Source of the DNA: an uncultured Gammaproteobacteria bacterium
GTDB lineage: Bacteria > Patescibacteriota > Patescibacteriia > Magasanikbacterales > UBA922
Direction: 5' to 3'
Length of the DNA: 64,000 nucleotides
Assembly: GCA_964418775.1 (NCBI GenBank)
Contig: CAYQNA010000005.1
Span: forward strand, 3,066-67,065
A program made the position numbers and the translations under genes. Within the stretch, counting starts at the first letter, position 1. The number at the start of each line of letters is the position of its first letter. The notes under the pieces were generated by a model. That model saw nothing but the letters and a program-made list of their open reading frames with translations. It was not told where the DNA came from and did not search any database. Of this stretch, positions 1-8,766 are shown one piece after another.

Positions 1-2
1 CT

Positions 3-995
3 ATGACATTTTCTGAATTACACGCAGTGGCAAAATATTTGGTGTCCCCAGGCAAGGGAATTTTGGCGTCTGACGAGAGTGTGCATACGCTTGAAAAACA
101 TTTTGATGAGCATGGGATTGAGAAAAGTGATGAGAATCGTCGCGCGTATCGCGAATTGCTATTTACTGCGCCAGGCGCGAATGAATATATTAGTGGTGCG
201 ATCTTATTTGATGAAACAATTCAACAAAAAACCGCGGCTGGCGAGTGGTTTGTGGAGGTTTTGCGCGCGCAGGGAATTGTGCCGGGAATTAAAGTTGATT
301 TGGGTACTGAGCCGTTGGGGACGACCCCCGGAGAAATGACGACCAAGGGAATTGAAGGGCTCGCGCCGCGTTTGGCTGAATATTTTGGTATGGGTGCCCA
401 ATTTGCCAAGTGGCGCGCCGTGTTTACAATTTCCGACGCAACACCAAGTGAAGTGGCGATTGAAAATAATGTGACCTTGCTCGCTGAGTATGCGCGTTTG
501 TGCCAGGCTGCGGGTTTGGTGCCAATTGTGGAGCCCGAGGTGCTTATGGACGGCTCGCACTCAATTGAGCAGTGTTACGAGGCCTCGGTGCGCGTACAGA
601 CCGCTTTGTTTGCGGCGCTGGGGAAGGTGGGTGTGGATTTGAGGGCTATGTTGTTAAAGCCAAACATGATTGTGGCTGGGAGCGGTGTGGCCGAAGCTGC
701 GCCACGGGCGGTTGGCGCGTATACACTTAGTTGTTTGCAAACCACAGTCCCGAGCGCTGTGGCTGGGATTGTGTTTTTGTCTGGTGGGCAAAGTGACGAA
801 ACCGCGGTGGCGAATTTGCGGGCGATTGCGACCGAGGGTGCCAATGCTTCGTGGCCACTGACCTATTCATTTGGTCGCGCACTCCAAACCGCAGCCCTGG
901 CTACGTGGCAAGGCAAGCCCGAAAATATGGCGGCCGCTCAAAAAGCCTACCAGGAACAGGCAAAAAGGTGTGGTCTGGCTAGTCAAGGACTTTAA
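3..995 (+). CDS. fba: Fructose-bisphosphate aldolase, class I
   Basis: 330 aa; N-terminal GKGILASDES motif and overall class I (Schiff-base) aldolase layout; TAA stop at 993-995. Confidence 0.85.
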   Translation: MTFSELHAVAKYLVSPGKGILASDESVHTLEKHFDEHGIEKSDENRRAYRELLFTAPGANEYISGAILFDETIQQKTAAGEWFVEVLRAQGIVPGIKVDLGTEPLGTTPGEMTTKGIEGLAPRLAEYFGMGAQFAKWRAVFTISDATPSEVAIENNVTLLAEYARLCQAAGLVPIVEPEVLMDGSHSIEQCYEASVRVQTALFAALGKVGVDLRAMLLKPNMIVAGSGVAEAAPRAVGAYTLSCLQTTVPSAVAGIVFLSGGQSDETAVANLRAIATEGANASWPLTYSFGRALQTAALATWQGKPENMAAAQKAYQEQAKRCGLASQGL

Positions 996-1009
996 GACTT
1001 TGCACAGGA

Positions 1010-1039
1010 GCTGTCAGACAAAATTTGACAGCTTTTTTT
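1010..1039 (+). terminator. Rho-independent terminator after fba
   Basis: hairpin gctgtca(1010-1016)/tgacagc(1026-1032) followed by T7 run. Confidence 0.5.
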
Positions 1040-1070
1040 ATTGTGGTATTCTTTATATTAAGCCTAAAAT

Positions 1071-1805
1071 ATGAAGATTGAATTGCTCAAGAAATTAGGA
1101 TTTTCTGACAAAACAGCCCTGGTGTATACCGGGCTGCTTCAGCTTGGGCCAAGTTCAGTGCGGGGATTGGCTGAGCACTGCGAATTGAACCGCGGCTCGG
1201 CCTACGAAGCCCTCAAATGGCTCGAAGAGCGGGGTTTGGTGAGTTTTTACGAGAAAGAGGCCAAGCAGCACTTTGTGGCTGCCCCACCTGCCCGTTTGTT
1301 GGCCCTGGCCAAAGAAGAGGTCGATGCAGTTCACGAGGCGCAGGCCGACCTTAAACGCGTCTTGCCCGAGCTGGAGGCGCTCTACAATCGCGGGGGCGAG
1401 CAGCCCGTGGCCCGCTATTTTAGCGAGACCGAACTGCCCGAGATTCTGAACGATATTTTGGTAAGTTGCGCCGCTGCTGGCGAAACCATGTACCGCGTCT
1501 ATTCCACCGAAGGTATTCGCGACCGTCTCTATGCCAATTTTCCAACCTTTAGTGACGTGCGCGTCGGCAAAGGTATTAATGTGCGTGTCATTGCATTGGG
1601 TGCTGGCGGCTCACTGCGCGGCCTCGACGAACGCAAGTGGCTCGCCGTGCCCCAAACCAAACCAACCTACATTATTTTGTATCCCGGCAAGGCCGCTTAC
1701 ATTTCACTTAACACTGCCGGACAGGCTGTGGGCGTCGTAATTGCGAACGACGGCATTGCAGCGACGCAAATCGCGTTGTTTGACGCGCTGTGGCAAACCT
1801 TATGA
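1071..1805 (+). CDS. TrmB-family sugar-responsive transcriptional regulator
   Basis: 244 aa; N-terminal winged-HTH (LGFSDKTALVYTGLLQLGPSSVRGLAEHCELNRGSAYEALKWLEERGLV) typical of TrmB family, C-terminal sensor-like domain. Confidence 0.7.
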   Translation: MKIELLKKLGFSDKTALVYTGLLQLGPSSVRGLAEHCELNRGSAYEALKWLEERGLVSFYEKEAKQHFVAAPPARLLALAKEEVDAVHEAQADLKRVLPELEALYNRGGEQPVARYFSETELPEILNDILVSCAAAGETMYRVYSTEGIRDRLYANFPTFSDVRVGKGINVRVIALGAGGSLRGLDERKWLAVPQTKPTYIILYPGKAAYISLNTAGQAVGVVIANDGIAATQIALFDALWQTL

Positions 1806-2449
1806 AACATTTCTCCCACTGCTTAATTGATTTTGACAGCACGTTATACGATACGCACCTATTTGTAAATGGTTTAAAAGAGGTTTTATTATCGGCCGGC
1901 GTGACCGAAAAAGATTATCACGAGACCATGGACGCAACAAAACATGGACACGATGGACGTACATTTCAATATTCTTTTGCGGCGCACTTAGATAATTTAC
2001 GTCAGCGGGGCTACGATTTGCCCGAAGGTGTGGAGACTCAAATGCAAGCAGAATTATTGATTAACCGGGTAGCCGCTGGGGCCGTCGAACTAATTAGTAC
2101 GCTCAGAGAAACCTGTGACCACGTGTTTATTCTCTCGGCTGGTGATCAAGAATTTCAAATGGCTAAGCTGAATGTTTCTGGATTATTACCATTGGTTGAA
2201 GAAGTTATCATTGTGGCTACCAGTACGGAAAAATTAGAAATAGTTGAAAAATTAAAGCCAAGTGAAAATAAAATTTTATTTATTAACGATGAAATTCACC
2301 AAAATAACGAGGTTGCGGCTCATTACCCACAAGTAGCGGTGGTTGGCAGAAAGCACCCAGTGCGTCATAATGAAAGTCTGGTCGGCGATGTTCCTTATTT
2401 TGCCACAATCCCTGAAATACAAGATTTTATAACCAAACAATATGTCTAA
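1790..2449 (+). CDS. HAD-superfamily hydrolase
   Basis: 219 aa; HAD motif I IDFDSTL near N-terminus; otherwise uncharacterised. Confidence 0.55.
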   Translation: MANLMKHFSHCLIDFDSTLYDTHLFVNGLKEVLLSAGVTEKDYHETMDATKHGHDGRTFQYSFAAHLDNLRQRGYDLPEGVETQMQAELLINRVAAGAVELISTLRETCDHVFILSAGDQEFQMAKLNVSGLLPLVEEVIIVATSTEKLEIVEKLKPSENKILFINDEIHQNNEVAAHYPQVAVVGRKHPVRHNESLVGDVPYFATIPEIQDFITKQYV

Positions 2450-3197
2450 TCTCACTCCTAATGTTCGCGCGGTAATTTTAGCCGCTGGCATGGGTAAGCG
2501 CATGAATAGCACCATGCTTAAAGTCATGCACGAGGTGCATGGTCGCCCGATGATTGATTATGTCGTTAGTACAGTTGAAAAAGCGGGCTTGGCTAAACCA
2601 GTGGTGGTGGTGTGTGATACTGATCCCGCTGTACAAGATTTTCTTGGCGACCGTGCGCAGTATGTGGTACAAAAAAAGCGCTTGGGGACTGGGCATGCGG
2701 TTTCAATGGCTGAGCCAGAACTACGCAACAACGCCGAAAACATTGTGGTTTTGTATGGAGATATGCCATTTGTGACAGCCGATTCAGTGAAGCGTTTGGT
2801 GACGCGTCACCAGGAACGCAATAATACGTTAACCATGATGACGTTCACAGTGCCTGATTTCGATGAGTGGCGTTCGCCGTTTAATAGTTTTAGTCGCATT
2901 ATCCGCGGCACTGATGGTCATATTGCGCGCGATGTCCAATTCAAAGATGCTACACCGGCGGAATTAGAAATTAAAGAATTGAATCCGTGCGTGTATTGCT
3001 TTAAAAGCGAATGGCTGTGGGAAAATTTGAAAAATTTGAAAAATAATAATGTCCAGCAGGAGTATTATCTGACTGATTTAATTAGCGAAGCTATACACCA
3101 GGGGCAAAAGATTTCCTCAATTGAAATCGATCCAAAAGAAGCGATTGGAATTAATTCGCAGGCTGATTTGCAGTCAGTGCAAAATTTGGGCGTATGA
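2442..3197 (+). CDS. Sugar-1-phosphate nucleotidyltransferase, GlmU N-terminal-domain-like (no acetyltransferase domain)
   Basis: 251 aa; AVILAAGMGKRM resembles GlmU LAAGKGTRM pyrophosphorylase signature; length covers only the nucleotidyltransferase domain. Confidence 0.7.
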   Translation: MSNLTPNVRAVILAAGMGKRMNSTMLKVMHEVHGRPMIDYVVSTVEKAGLAKPVVVVCDTDPAVQDFLGDRAQYVVQKKRLGTGHAVSMAEPELRNNAENIVVLYGDMPFVTADSVKRLVTRHQERNNTLTMMTFTVPDFDEWRSPFNSFSRIIRGTDGHIARDVQFKDATPAELEIKELNPCVYCFKSEWLWENLKNLKNNNVQQEYYLTDLISEAIHQGQKISSIEIDPKEAIGINSQADLQSVQNLGV

Positions 3198-3832
3198 AAG
3201 CCGTGATTTTTGACATGGATGGTCTTTTGATTGACAGTGAAAAACACTGGATTGGACGTGATAAAGAAATGTGGGGTGCGCTGGGAATTGAGGCGACCGA
3301 GGAGTTTATGCAGAAACTAACGGGTTTAAATTTAAGAGATGGGTACGTGGTGGCGCAACAGTATAAGCCTGATTTAACATGGGATGCAATGATAGAGCAA
3401 AACAGTAAAGTCGCTACGGTTATTTATACCGAAATGACCGAACTGATGCCGGGTGTGATTGAATTACTGCAAAGAGTTAAGGATTCTAATTTGCGGATTG
3501 GATTGGCATCTTCGACATCATTAGATTGGATTAATATTGTTTTGCAGCGGTTTAATTTGGATCATTTTTTTGAAGTAAAGTTGTCGACTCATTCGATGAA
3601 CTTGCCAGGCAAACCTAAACCAGATGTGTATGTAGAGGCGATGAAGCAATTAGGAGTAAGTCCGCAAGACACAGTGGTGTTTGAAGATTCGATTCATGGT
3701 GTAACTGCGGCTAAGCACGCCGGCGCTTTTACGGTGGCAGTTCCTAATCCAGAATGGAATAAGGGTGATTATTCGATCGCGGATGTGATCCTAACGTCGC
3801 TGGCGGATTTTGATTTTTCTTTATTAGACTAG
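3194..3832 (+). CDS. HAD-IA phosphatase (beta-phosphoglucomutase-like)
   Basis: 212 aa; MKAVIFDMDGLLIDSE motif I, later DS and GxxAAKxAG motifs. Confidence 0.7.
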   Translation: MKAVIFDMDGLLIDSEKHWIGRDKEMWGALGIEATEEFMQKLTGLNLRDGYVVAQQYKPDLTWDAMIEQNSKVATVIYTEMTELMPGVIELLQRVKDSNLRIGLASSTSLDWINIVLQRFNLDHFFEVKLSTHSMNLPGKPKPDVYVEAMKQLGVSPQDTVVFEDSIHGVTAAKHAGAFTVAVPNPEWNKGDYSIADVILTSLADFDFSLLD

Positions 3833-3833
3833 T

Positions 3834-5666
3834 ATGTGCGGCATTATTGCATATGTGGGGAATGAGCAGGCGCTGCCGATTTTGGTACGGGGACTCCGCC
3901 GTTTGGAGTATCGCGGCTATGACAGTGCGGGTGTGGCTGTGGCCGAGCGCGGTGAATTGCAGCGCGTGCGGGCCGTTGGGAAAATTGATAATTTGTCCGC
4001 AGCTGTAAAAGAGGTGAATGTGACTGGTACGATTGGGATTGCGCATACGCGTTGGGCCACGCATGGCGGTGTGACTCAAGAAAATGCACACCCACACGCA
4101 GCTCTGGGCGGCAAGTTGATGATTGTTCACAACGGAATTATCGAGAATTACCGCGAATTGCGTCAGGCTTTGGAAAAAGAAAATCCAGCGCTTGAATTTA
4201 CGTCGCAGACCGATACCGAAGTGCTCGCGCATTTGATTGGCAAGCATTATCAGGGTGATTTGCGCATGGCGGTGGAAACCGCGCTTACGCATGTGCGGGG
4301 CACCTATGGTGTGGTCGCGATGCACGCGGACCATCCTGATCAATTGGTGGCGGCGCGGTTGGGAAGTCCGCTGGTGATTGGAATTAAAGATGGTGAATAC
4401 TTTTTGGCCAGTGACGCGACGCCGATTTTGGCTTACACCAACAAGGTGATTTTTTTGAACGATGGTGAGGTGGCCGATGTGCGCCGCAGTGGTTTGAATA
4501 TCTATACGATTCGCGACGAAAAAGTTGCCAAGCATGTGGAGGAAATTTCGTGGGACGAGACGCAGGCCGAAAAACAGGGCTTTCCACACTTCATGCTCAA
4601 GGAAATTTTTGACCAGCCCAATGTTTTGCAGGATGCAATTCGCGGCCGTTATAATTTGGAAGACGGAACCGCGCGTTTGGGTGGGCTCAACATGACCGAG
4701 GAGCAAATGCGCCGCGTGAATCGCGTGATATTTTTGGCGTGCGGCACAGCGTCATATGCGGGCCTGGTTGGAAAATATGCGTTTGAGCGTTTGGCTGGAA
4801 TTCCAGCCGAGGTTGAGGTAAGTAGTGAGTTCCGTTATCGCGATCCGGTAATTGACGAAAATACACTCGTGTTTGCAGTGTCACAATCAGGCGAAACTGC
4901 GGATACACTGGCAGCGGTACGCGAAGCCAAGCGTCGCGGGGCCTTTGTGCGCGGGATTGTAAATGCGATCGGCTCCACGATTGCGCGCGAAACCGATGGT
5001 GGTACATACATTCATGCTGGCCCAGAGCTGGCTGTGGCCTCGACCAAAGCCTACACTAACATGTCCGTGGTTATGATGTTGTACGCCCTGCAATTTGGGC
5101 GTTCGCGCCGCGTGTCAGTGGCCACAGGCCAGCGTTTGTTGCAAGCACTCGAGCAGGTGCCGCAAAAAATGAGTGAGATTTTGGCGCAGAGCGATACGAT
5201 CAAAACCATGGCCGAAGAATTAGTGAAATACAAAAATTGTTTTTTCTTGGGTCGGGGCATCAATTTCCCAATTGCACTCGAAGGTGCGTTAAAATTAAAA
5301 GAAATTTCGTACATTCACGCCGAGGCCTATCCAGGTGGCGAAATGAAGCATGGTCCAATCGCCTTGTTAGCGCCTGAATTTCCCGTTGTCGCCATCATGA
5401 CCAAGGATCAACTGTACGATAAAATGCGTAGCAACGTGGAGGAGGTTCGGGCGCGCAAAGCCCCGGTTTTTATGGTCGCCACGCATGGTGATGAATCAGC
5501 GCGCGAACTAGCCGAACACGTCATGTTTGTGCCCGAAACCATGGAGCTCTTGCAACCGCTCGTTACAACCTCGGCCCTGCAGCTCTTTGCGTATCACTGC
5601 GCCGTCGCTCTTGGCCGCGATGTTGATCGGCCGCGCAATTTAGCCAAGAGTGTAACCGTTGAATAA
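3834..5666 (+). CDS. glmS: Glutamine--fructose-6-phosphate aminotransferase
   Basis: 610 aa; N-terminal MCGIIAYVG (Ntn Cys), two SIS domains, C-terminal VE ending. Confidence 0.95.
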   Translation: MCGIIAYVGNEQALPILVRGLRRLEYRGYDSAGVAVAERGELQRVRAVGKIDNLSAAVKEVNVTGTIGIAHTRWATHGGVTQENAHPHAALGGKLMIVHNGIIENYRELRQALEKENPALEFTSQTDTEVLAHLIGKHYQGDLRMAVETALTHVRGTYGVVAMHADHPDQLVAARLGSPLVIGIKDGEYFLASDATPILAYTNKVIFLNDGEVADVRRSGLNIYTIRDEKVAKHVEEISWDETQAEKQGFPHFMLKEIFDQPNVLQDAIRGRYNLEDGTARLGGLNMTEEQMRRVNRVIFLACGTASYAGLVGKYAFERLAGIPAEVEVSSEFRYRDPVIDENTLVFAVSQSGETADTLAAVREAKRRGAFVRGIVNAIGSTIARETDGGTYIHAGPELAVASTKAYTNMSVVMMLYALQFGRSRRVSVATGQRLLQALEQVPQKMSEILAQSDTIKTMAEELVKYKNCFFLGRGINFPIALEGALKLKEISYIHAEAYPGGEMKHGPIALLAPEFPVVAIMTKDQLYDKMRSNVEEVRARKAPVFMVATHGDESARELAEHVMFVPETMELLQPLVTTSALQLFAYHCAVALGRDVDRPRNLAKSVTVE

Positions 5667-6639
5667 TATGAAAAAAATAGTTGTTATCGGCGGCGGGACC
5701 GGCACAGTGGCGGTGCTATCGGGCCTAAAACAATTCAATGATTATCAACTAAGCGTGATTGTAAGCATGACTGACGATGGTGGTAGCAATGCGGTCGTGC
5801 GTGATGAATTTGGCTTGTTGCCATTGTCTGACGTGCGCAAATCAATTATTGCGTTGGCCGAAAATGACAGCCAGTTGCTGCGCGAATTGTTTACGTATCG
5901 ATTTTCCAAGGGTGACGGACTGTCAGGCCACACGCTCGGTAACTTAATGATGATGGCAGCCGCAGATATTAGCGGCTCCGAGGAAACCGCGATTAAACGT
6001 TTATCAGTGCTGTTTAATGTTAAGGGACAAGTAATTCCCGTCACGCTTGAACAAACGCGTTTGGTGGCCGAGTACGCTTCGGGTGCACGGGTTGAGGGTG
6101 AGCATTTAATTGATGAACCAGAGGTAGATCCAGGACGCATTAAAAATTTATCACTTTCGGTTGCAGTCAACGCAAACCCCGCTGCACTCAAGGCGATTGC
6201 CGAAGCAGATGTGGTAATTATTGGCCCGGGTGACTTGTATACTAGTACGCTTGCTAACATTATTGTGCCTGGCGTTGCTGCCGCAATTCAGAATAGTCGT
6301 GCCCAGGTTATTTTTGTGAATAACTTAATGACCAAACGTGGTCAAACGCAGGGCATGAGTGCGCGGGATTTTGTGCAAGAGATCACTGCCTATGTTGGCC
6401 GCACGCCCGATGTGACTGTGCTCCACAATGGTGATTTTCCGGACGCAATTTTGCAAAAATATATGGTGCGGGGCGAGTATCCGATCGTCGATGATTTGGC
6501 CGCTAATCCTCACGTTGTGCGCACAGATGTCGCTAGCGATACTGAAACCAGGCCAGATTCGGGCGATACACTCGTGCGCAGTTTGATTCGCCATGATGCA
6601 AATAAATTGGCCGCCGCCCTTCGAAAAATTATCAATTAA
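5659..6639 (+). CDS. YvcK/CofD-like gluconeogenesis factor (UPF0052)
   Basis: 326 aa; KIVVIGGGTGTxxxLSGLK N-terminus characteristic of YvcK/CofD family. Confidence 0.8.
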   Translation: MNNMKKIVVIGGGTGTVAVLSGLKQFNDYQLSVIVSMTDDGGSNAVVRDEFGLLPLSDVRKSIIALAENDSQLLRELFTYRFSKGDGLSGHTLGNLMMMAAADISGSEETAIKRLSVLFNVKGQVIPVTLEQTRLVAEYASGARVEGEHLIDEPEVDPGRIKNLSLSVAVNANPAALKAIAEADVVIIGPGDLYTSTLANIIVPGVAAAIQNSRAQVIFVNNLMTKRGQTQGMSARDFVQEITAYVGRTPDVTVLHNGDFPDAILQKYMVRGEYPIVDDLAANPHVVRTDVASDTETRPDSGDTLVRSLIRHDANKLAAALRKIIN

Positions 6640-6642
6640 AAC

Positions 6643-6667
6643 AAAAAGCCCTCGGGAGGGCCTTTTG
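6643..6667. terminator. Bidirectional rho-independent terminator
   Basis: gccctc/gagggc hairpin flanked by A-run and T-run on both strands. Confidence 0.55.
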
Positions 6668-6746
6668 TGGACCGAGGGGGAATCGAACCCCAAAACCTAG
6701 AGTGGTAATTCTGGTTATGTCACCAGACACACTCGGCCCTCGATCC
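6668..6746 (-). tRNA. Atypical tRNA-like gene (isotype unresolved)
   Basis: minus-strand RNA GGATCGA...GGGGTTCGATTCCCCC TCGGTCC A: 7-bp acceptor stem, canonical T-arm/T-loop (TTCGATT); central part does not fold into standard D/anticodon arms by eye; own promoter upstream and terminator downstream. Confidence 0.45.
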
Positions 6747-6796
6747 AAAAGGATTGTAGCAAAAAGGGGTTAAAGAAAATCTAAAGATTTCTCTGA

Positions 6797-6832
6797 TTTA
6801 TAAACACCGTGTGGAAAAACTGTGCAAAACAA
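6797..6832 (-). promoter_or_regulatory. Putative sigma70-like promoter for the tRNA-like gene
   Basis: on minus strand TTGCAC - 17 nt - TTATAAAT about 45 nt upstream of tRNA-like 5' end. Confidence 0.35.
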
Positions 6833-6856
6833 AAAAGCCCCTTGCGGGGTTTTTGC
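6831..6856. terminator. Bidirectional terminator (serves minus-strand TerC gene)
   Basis: gcccc ttgc ggggt hairpin with A6 upstream and T5 downstream. Confidence 0.55.
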
Positions 6857-6932
6857 TTCGAGTAGTCAGTGACCACCAGAATTACCACTCTAACTAGAGT
6901 TAGAATAACTTAAGATTTTATATTTGTCAAGC

Positions 6933-7952
6933 CTAAATCTTTTTGGGAAAAATCACTGACAGGATCAGCGAGGCGGCCAACGCTGTCATAATTACCCCAA
7001 ACGAAATGAGTGGAGCCACGTGAATCCCAAAAATACCGGCGAGCATTTTGGCCCCAATAAACAAGAGGATAAACGCAAGCCCTTTTTGCAAGTGGTGGAA
7101 TTTATGGAGCACATTTTCAAGCAAAAAGAACAAGGCCCGGAGCCCCATCACGGCGTAAATATTAGCGGTAAAGATAATAAACGGATTTTGTGTAATTGCG
7201 AACGCAGCTGGAATTGAATCAACGGCAAAGATAATATCAGTACCTTCGATAAGCAGCATCACTAAGAACAAGGTGGTAAAGTAGCGTTTATCATTTTCTT
7301 TGACCCAAAATTTACCATTGTGGTGATTCGAGGTAAAAGACAAATATTTATGAGCAAACTTTACGATGGCGTTATTTTTAAAGTCAATGTGCTCTTCTTT
7401 TTTGTCGCGGAGTAATTTGATACCAGTGTACAATAGAATTGCGCCAAAAATGTACAACACCCAACTAAACTGACTGACAATTAAACTGCCGGCGGTGATA
7501 AAAATACCCCGGAACACAATCGCCCCCAAAATACCCCAGAACAAAACTTTGTGGTGGTACTGTTCTTCTAGTTTAAAGTAACTAAAAATCAGCATGATCA
7601 CGAACAGGTTGTCGACTGACAACATTTTTTCGGTTACGTACGCACTTAGGAATTCAACCGCGTGCGTGCGGCCTTCAGCCCAGTAAACTAGGGCAGCAAA
7701 GATGAGTGAGGCGCCGACCCAAAACAGGGATTGCCACAGGGCGGATTTCGCTGATATTTTGTGCGCTTTTCGATTGAGAAAACCCAAATCCGCGATTAAA
7801 AAACCAACAATCGACAGGCCGAAGACGGCCCAGAGCCAGTCATGTGGAGTCATAAAAATATAAATAAAAAACAACCGGAGGCCGGTTGTAATTAGTAGTG
7901 GTTCATAGGCCAAGACGGTCCCAAGGGACACCGATCGTCTTTTTCTCCCCAC
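6933..7952 (-). CDS. TerC-family integral membrane protein
   Basis: 339 aa; paired SVDNLFVIMLIF and AVDSIPAAFAIT motifs typical of TerC/Alx family; start may be internal Met (codon 7851-7853). Confidence 0.8.
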   Translation of the reverse strand: MGRKRRSVSLGTVLAYEPLLITTGLRLFFIYIFMTPHDWLWAVFGLSIVGFLIADLGFLNRKAHKISAKSALWQSLFWVGASLIFAALVYWAEGRTHAVEFLSAYVTEKMLSVDNLFVIMLIFSYFKLEEQYHHKVLFWGILGAIVFRGIFITAGSLIVSQFSWVLYIFGAILLYTGIKLLRDKKEEHIDFKNNAIVKFAHKYLSFTSNHHNGKFWVKENDKRYFTTLFLVMLLIEGTDIIFAVDSIPAAFAITQNPFIIFTANIYAVMGLRALFFLLENVLHKFHHLQKGLAFILLFIGAKMLAGIFGIHVAPLISFGVIMTALAASLILSVIFPKKI

Positions 7953-7994
7953 TACTCAAGGCTATGGTAAGTGTAGGGGATTGGGGCGATTTTG

Positions 7995-8327
7995 TCAATC
8001 CGCGTGCTTGTATACGCGCTGGTCGATTTCGCGGTATTTCTTAATAAATTCAGCCTCAATGTCAATACCGAGTTGAATACCAACCGCGAAAACCATGTTC
8101 AACACGTCAACAACTTCAGCGGCAGGGTCATAGTTTTTGGCTCGGGCTGCATCAGTTTTAATGCCTGTTTGCTTGCGACAGGCTTTGGCTAGTTCACCCA
8201 CTTCTTCGGTCAAAAGCAAGAGGCGCTGCTCTAGGCTTTCATCGTCAAAGCCCCAATCTTTGATCTTGGCCTCAATATAGGTTTGGAGAGTGCGAATTGT
8301 GTCCTTGGGGAGCGGTTGAATAGACAT
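7995..8327 (-). CDS. MazG-like nucleoside triphosphate pyrophosphohydrolase (small single-domain)
   Basis: 110 aa; EEVGELAKACRK and later acidic helix characteristic of MazG/all-alpha NTP-PPase. Confidence 0.65.
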   Translation of the reverse strand: MSIQPLPKDTIRTLQTYIEAKIKDWGFDDESLEQRLLLLTEEVGELAKACRKQTGIKTDAARAKNYDPAAEVVDVLNMVFAVGIQLGIDIEAEFIKKYREIDQRVYKHAD

Positions 8328-8431
8328 AGTAAACCTAGTCTAACACAGCCATGGGGCCATGCCAAATTGATTGACTTTTGGGGGTTTAGGAGTACAATTA
8401 ATCCATAAAAAGCCAACAAAAACGCCATAAT

Positions 8432-8764
8432 ATGGAAATAACCACACACACTAAAACTAGCCAGGCCGTCCGTTTGGCAGCCCAGGTCAACGGGCAAGAG
8501 GTTGGTCATGTGTATTTATACCTCATTTACAATGACTTGCATCAGGCACCGTATGGTTTATTCGAGGATATTCAAGTGAACGAAGATGTGCGTGGCCAAG
8601 GAACAGGCGGGCAGTTGGTGCAGGCCCTAATTGCCGAGGCTAAAAAACAGGGCTGTTATAAAATCGTAGCCAATTCGCGCTCCACTCGTCCCGAAATTCA
8701 CGCCTGGTACGAGCGGCTTGGGTTTGCCGAATATGGCAAGGAATTTAGAATGAATTTGGCTTAA
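8432..8764 (+). CDS. GNAT-family N-acetyltransferase
   Basis: 110 aa; acetyl-CoA motif A VRGQGTGGQLV. Confidence 0.75.
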   Translation: MEITTHTKTSQAVRLAAQVNGQEVGHVYLYLIYNDLHQAPYGLFEDIQVNEDVRGQGTGGQLVQALIAEAKKQGCYKIVANSRSTRPEIHAWYERLGFAEYGKEFRMNLA

Positions 8765-8766
8765 TT

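Larger units (their letters stand above)
6687..6898. repeat. Imperfect inverted repeat (~28 bp arms; 17-bp perfect core agagtggtaattctggt / accagaattaccactct) flanking ~150 bp
   Basis: 6692-6708 is the exact reverse complement of 6876-6892; arms extend imperfectly (gtcac shared); left arm lies inside the tRNA-like gene, right arm in the 3' UTR of the TerC gene. Confidence 0.7.

Noticed and set aside
3744-4706. 320-aa ORF on the minus strand antisense to glmS
   Set aside because: glmS on the plus strand is unambiguous; the antisense ORF is Arg/His-rich low complexity with no start context, so it is a shadow ORF
6668-6746. Interpretation of the atypical tRNA-like gene as tRNA-Sec or as the tRNA-like end of tmRNA
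   Set aside because: An 8-bp acceptor plus 6-bp D-stem/4-nt D-loop fold is possible but leaves too few nucleotides for a Sec-type anticodon and variable arm; the unit between its promoter and terminator (~145 nt) is far too short for tmRNA and no tag-ORF/pseudoknot region is present
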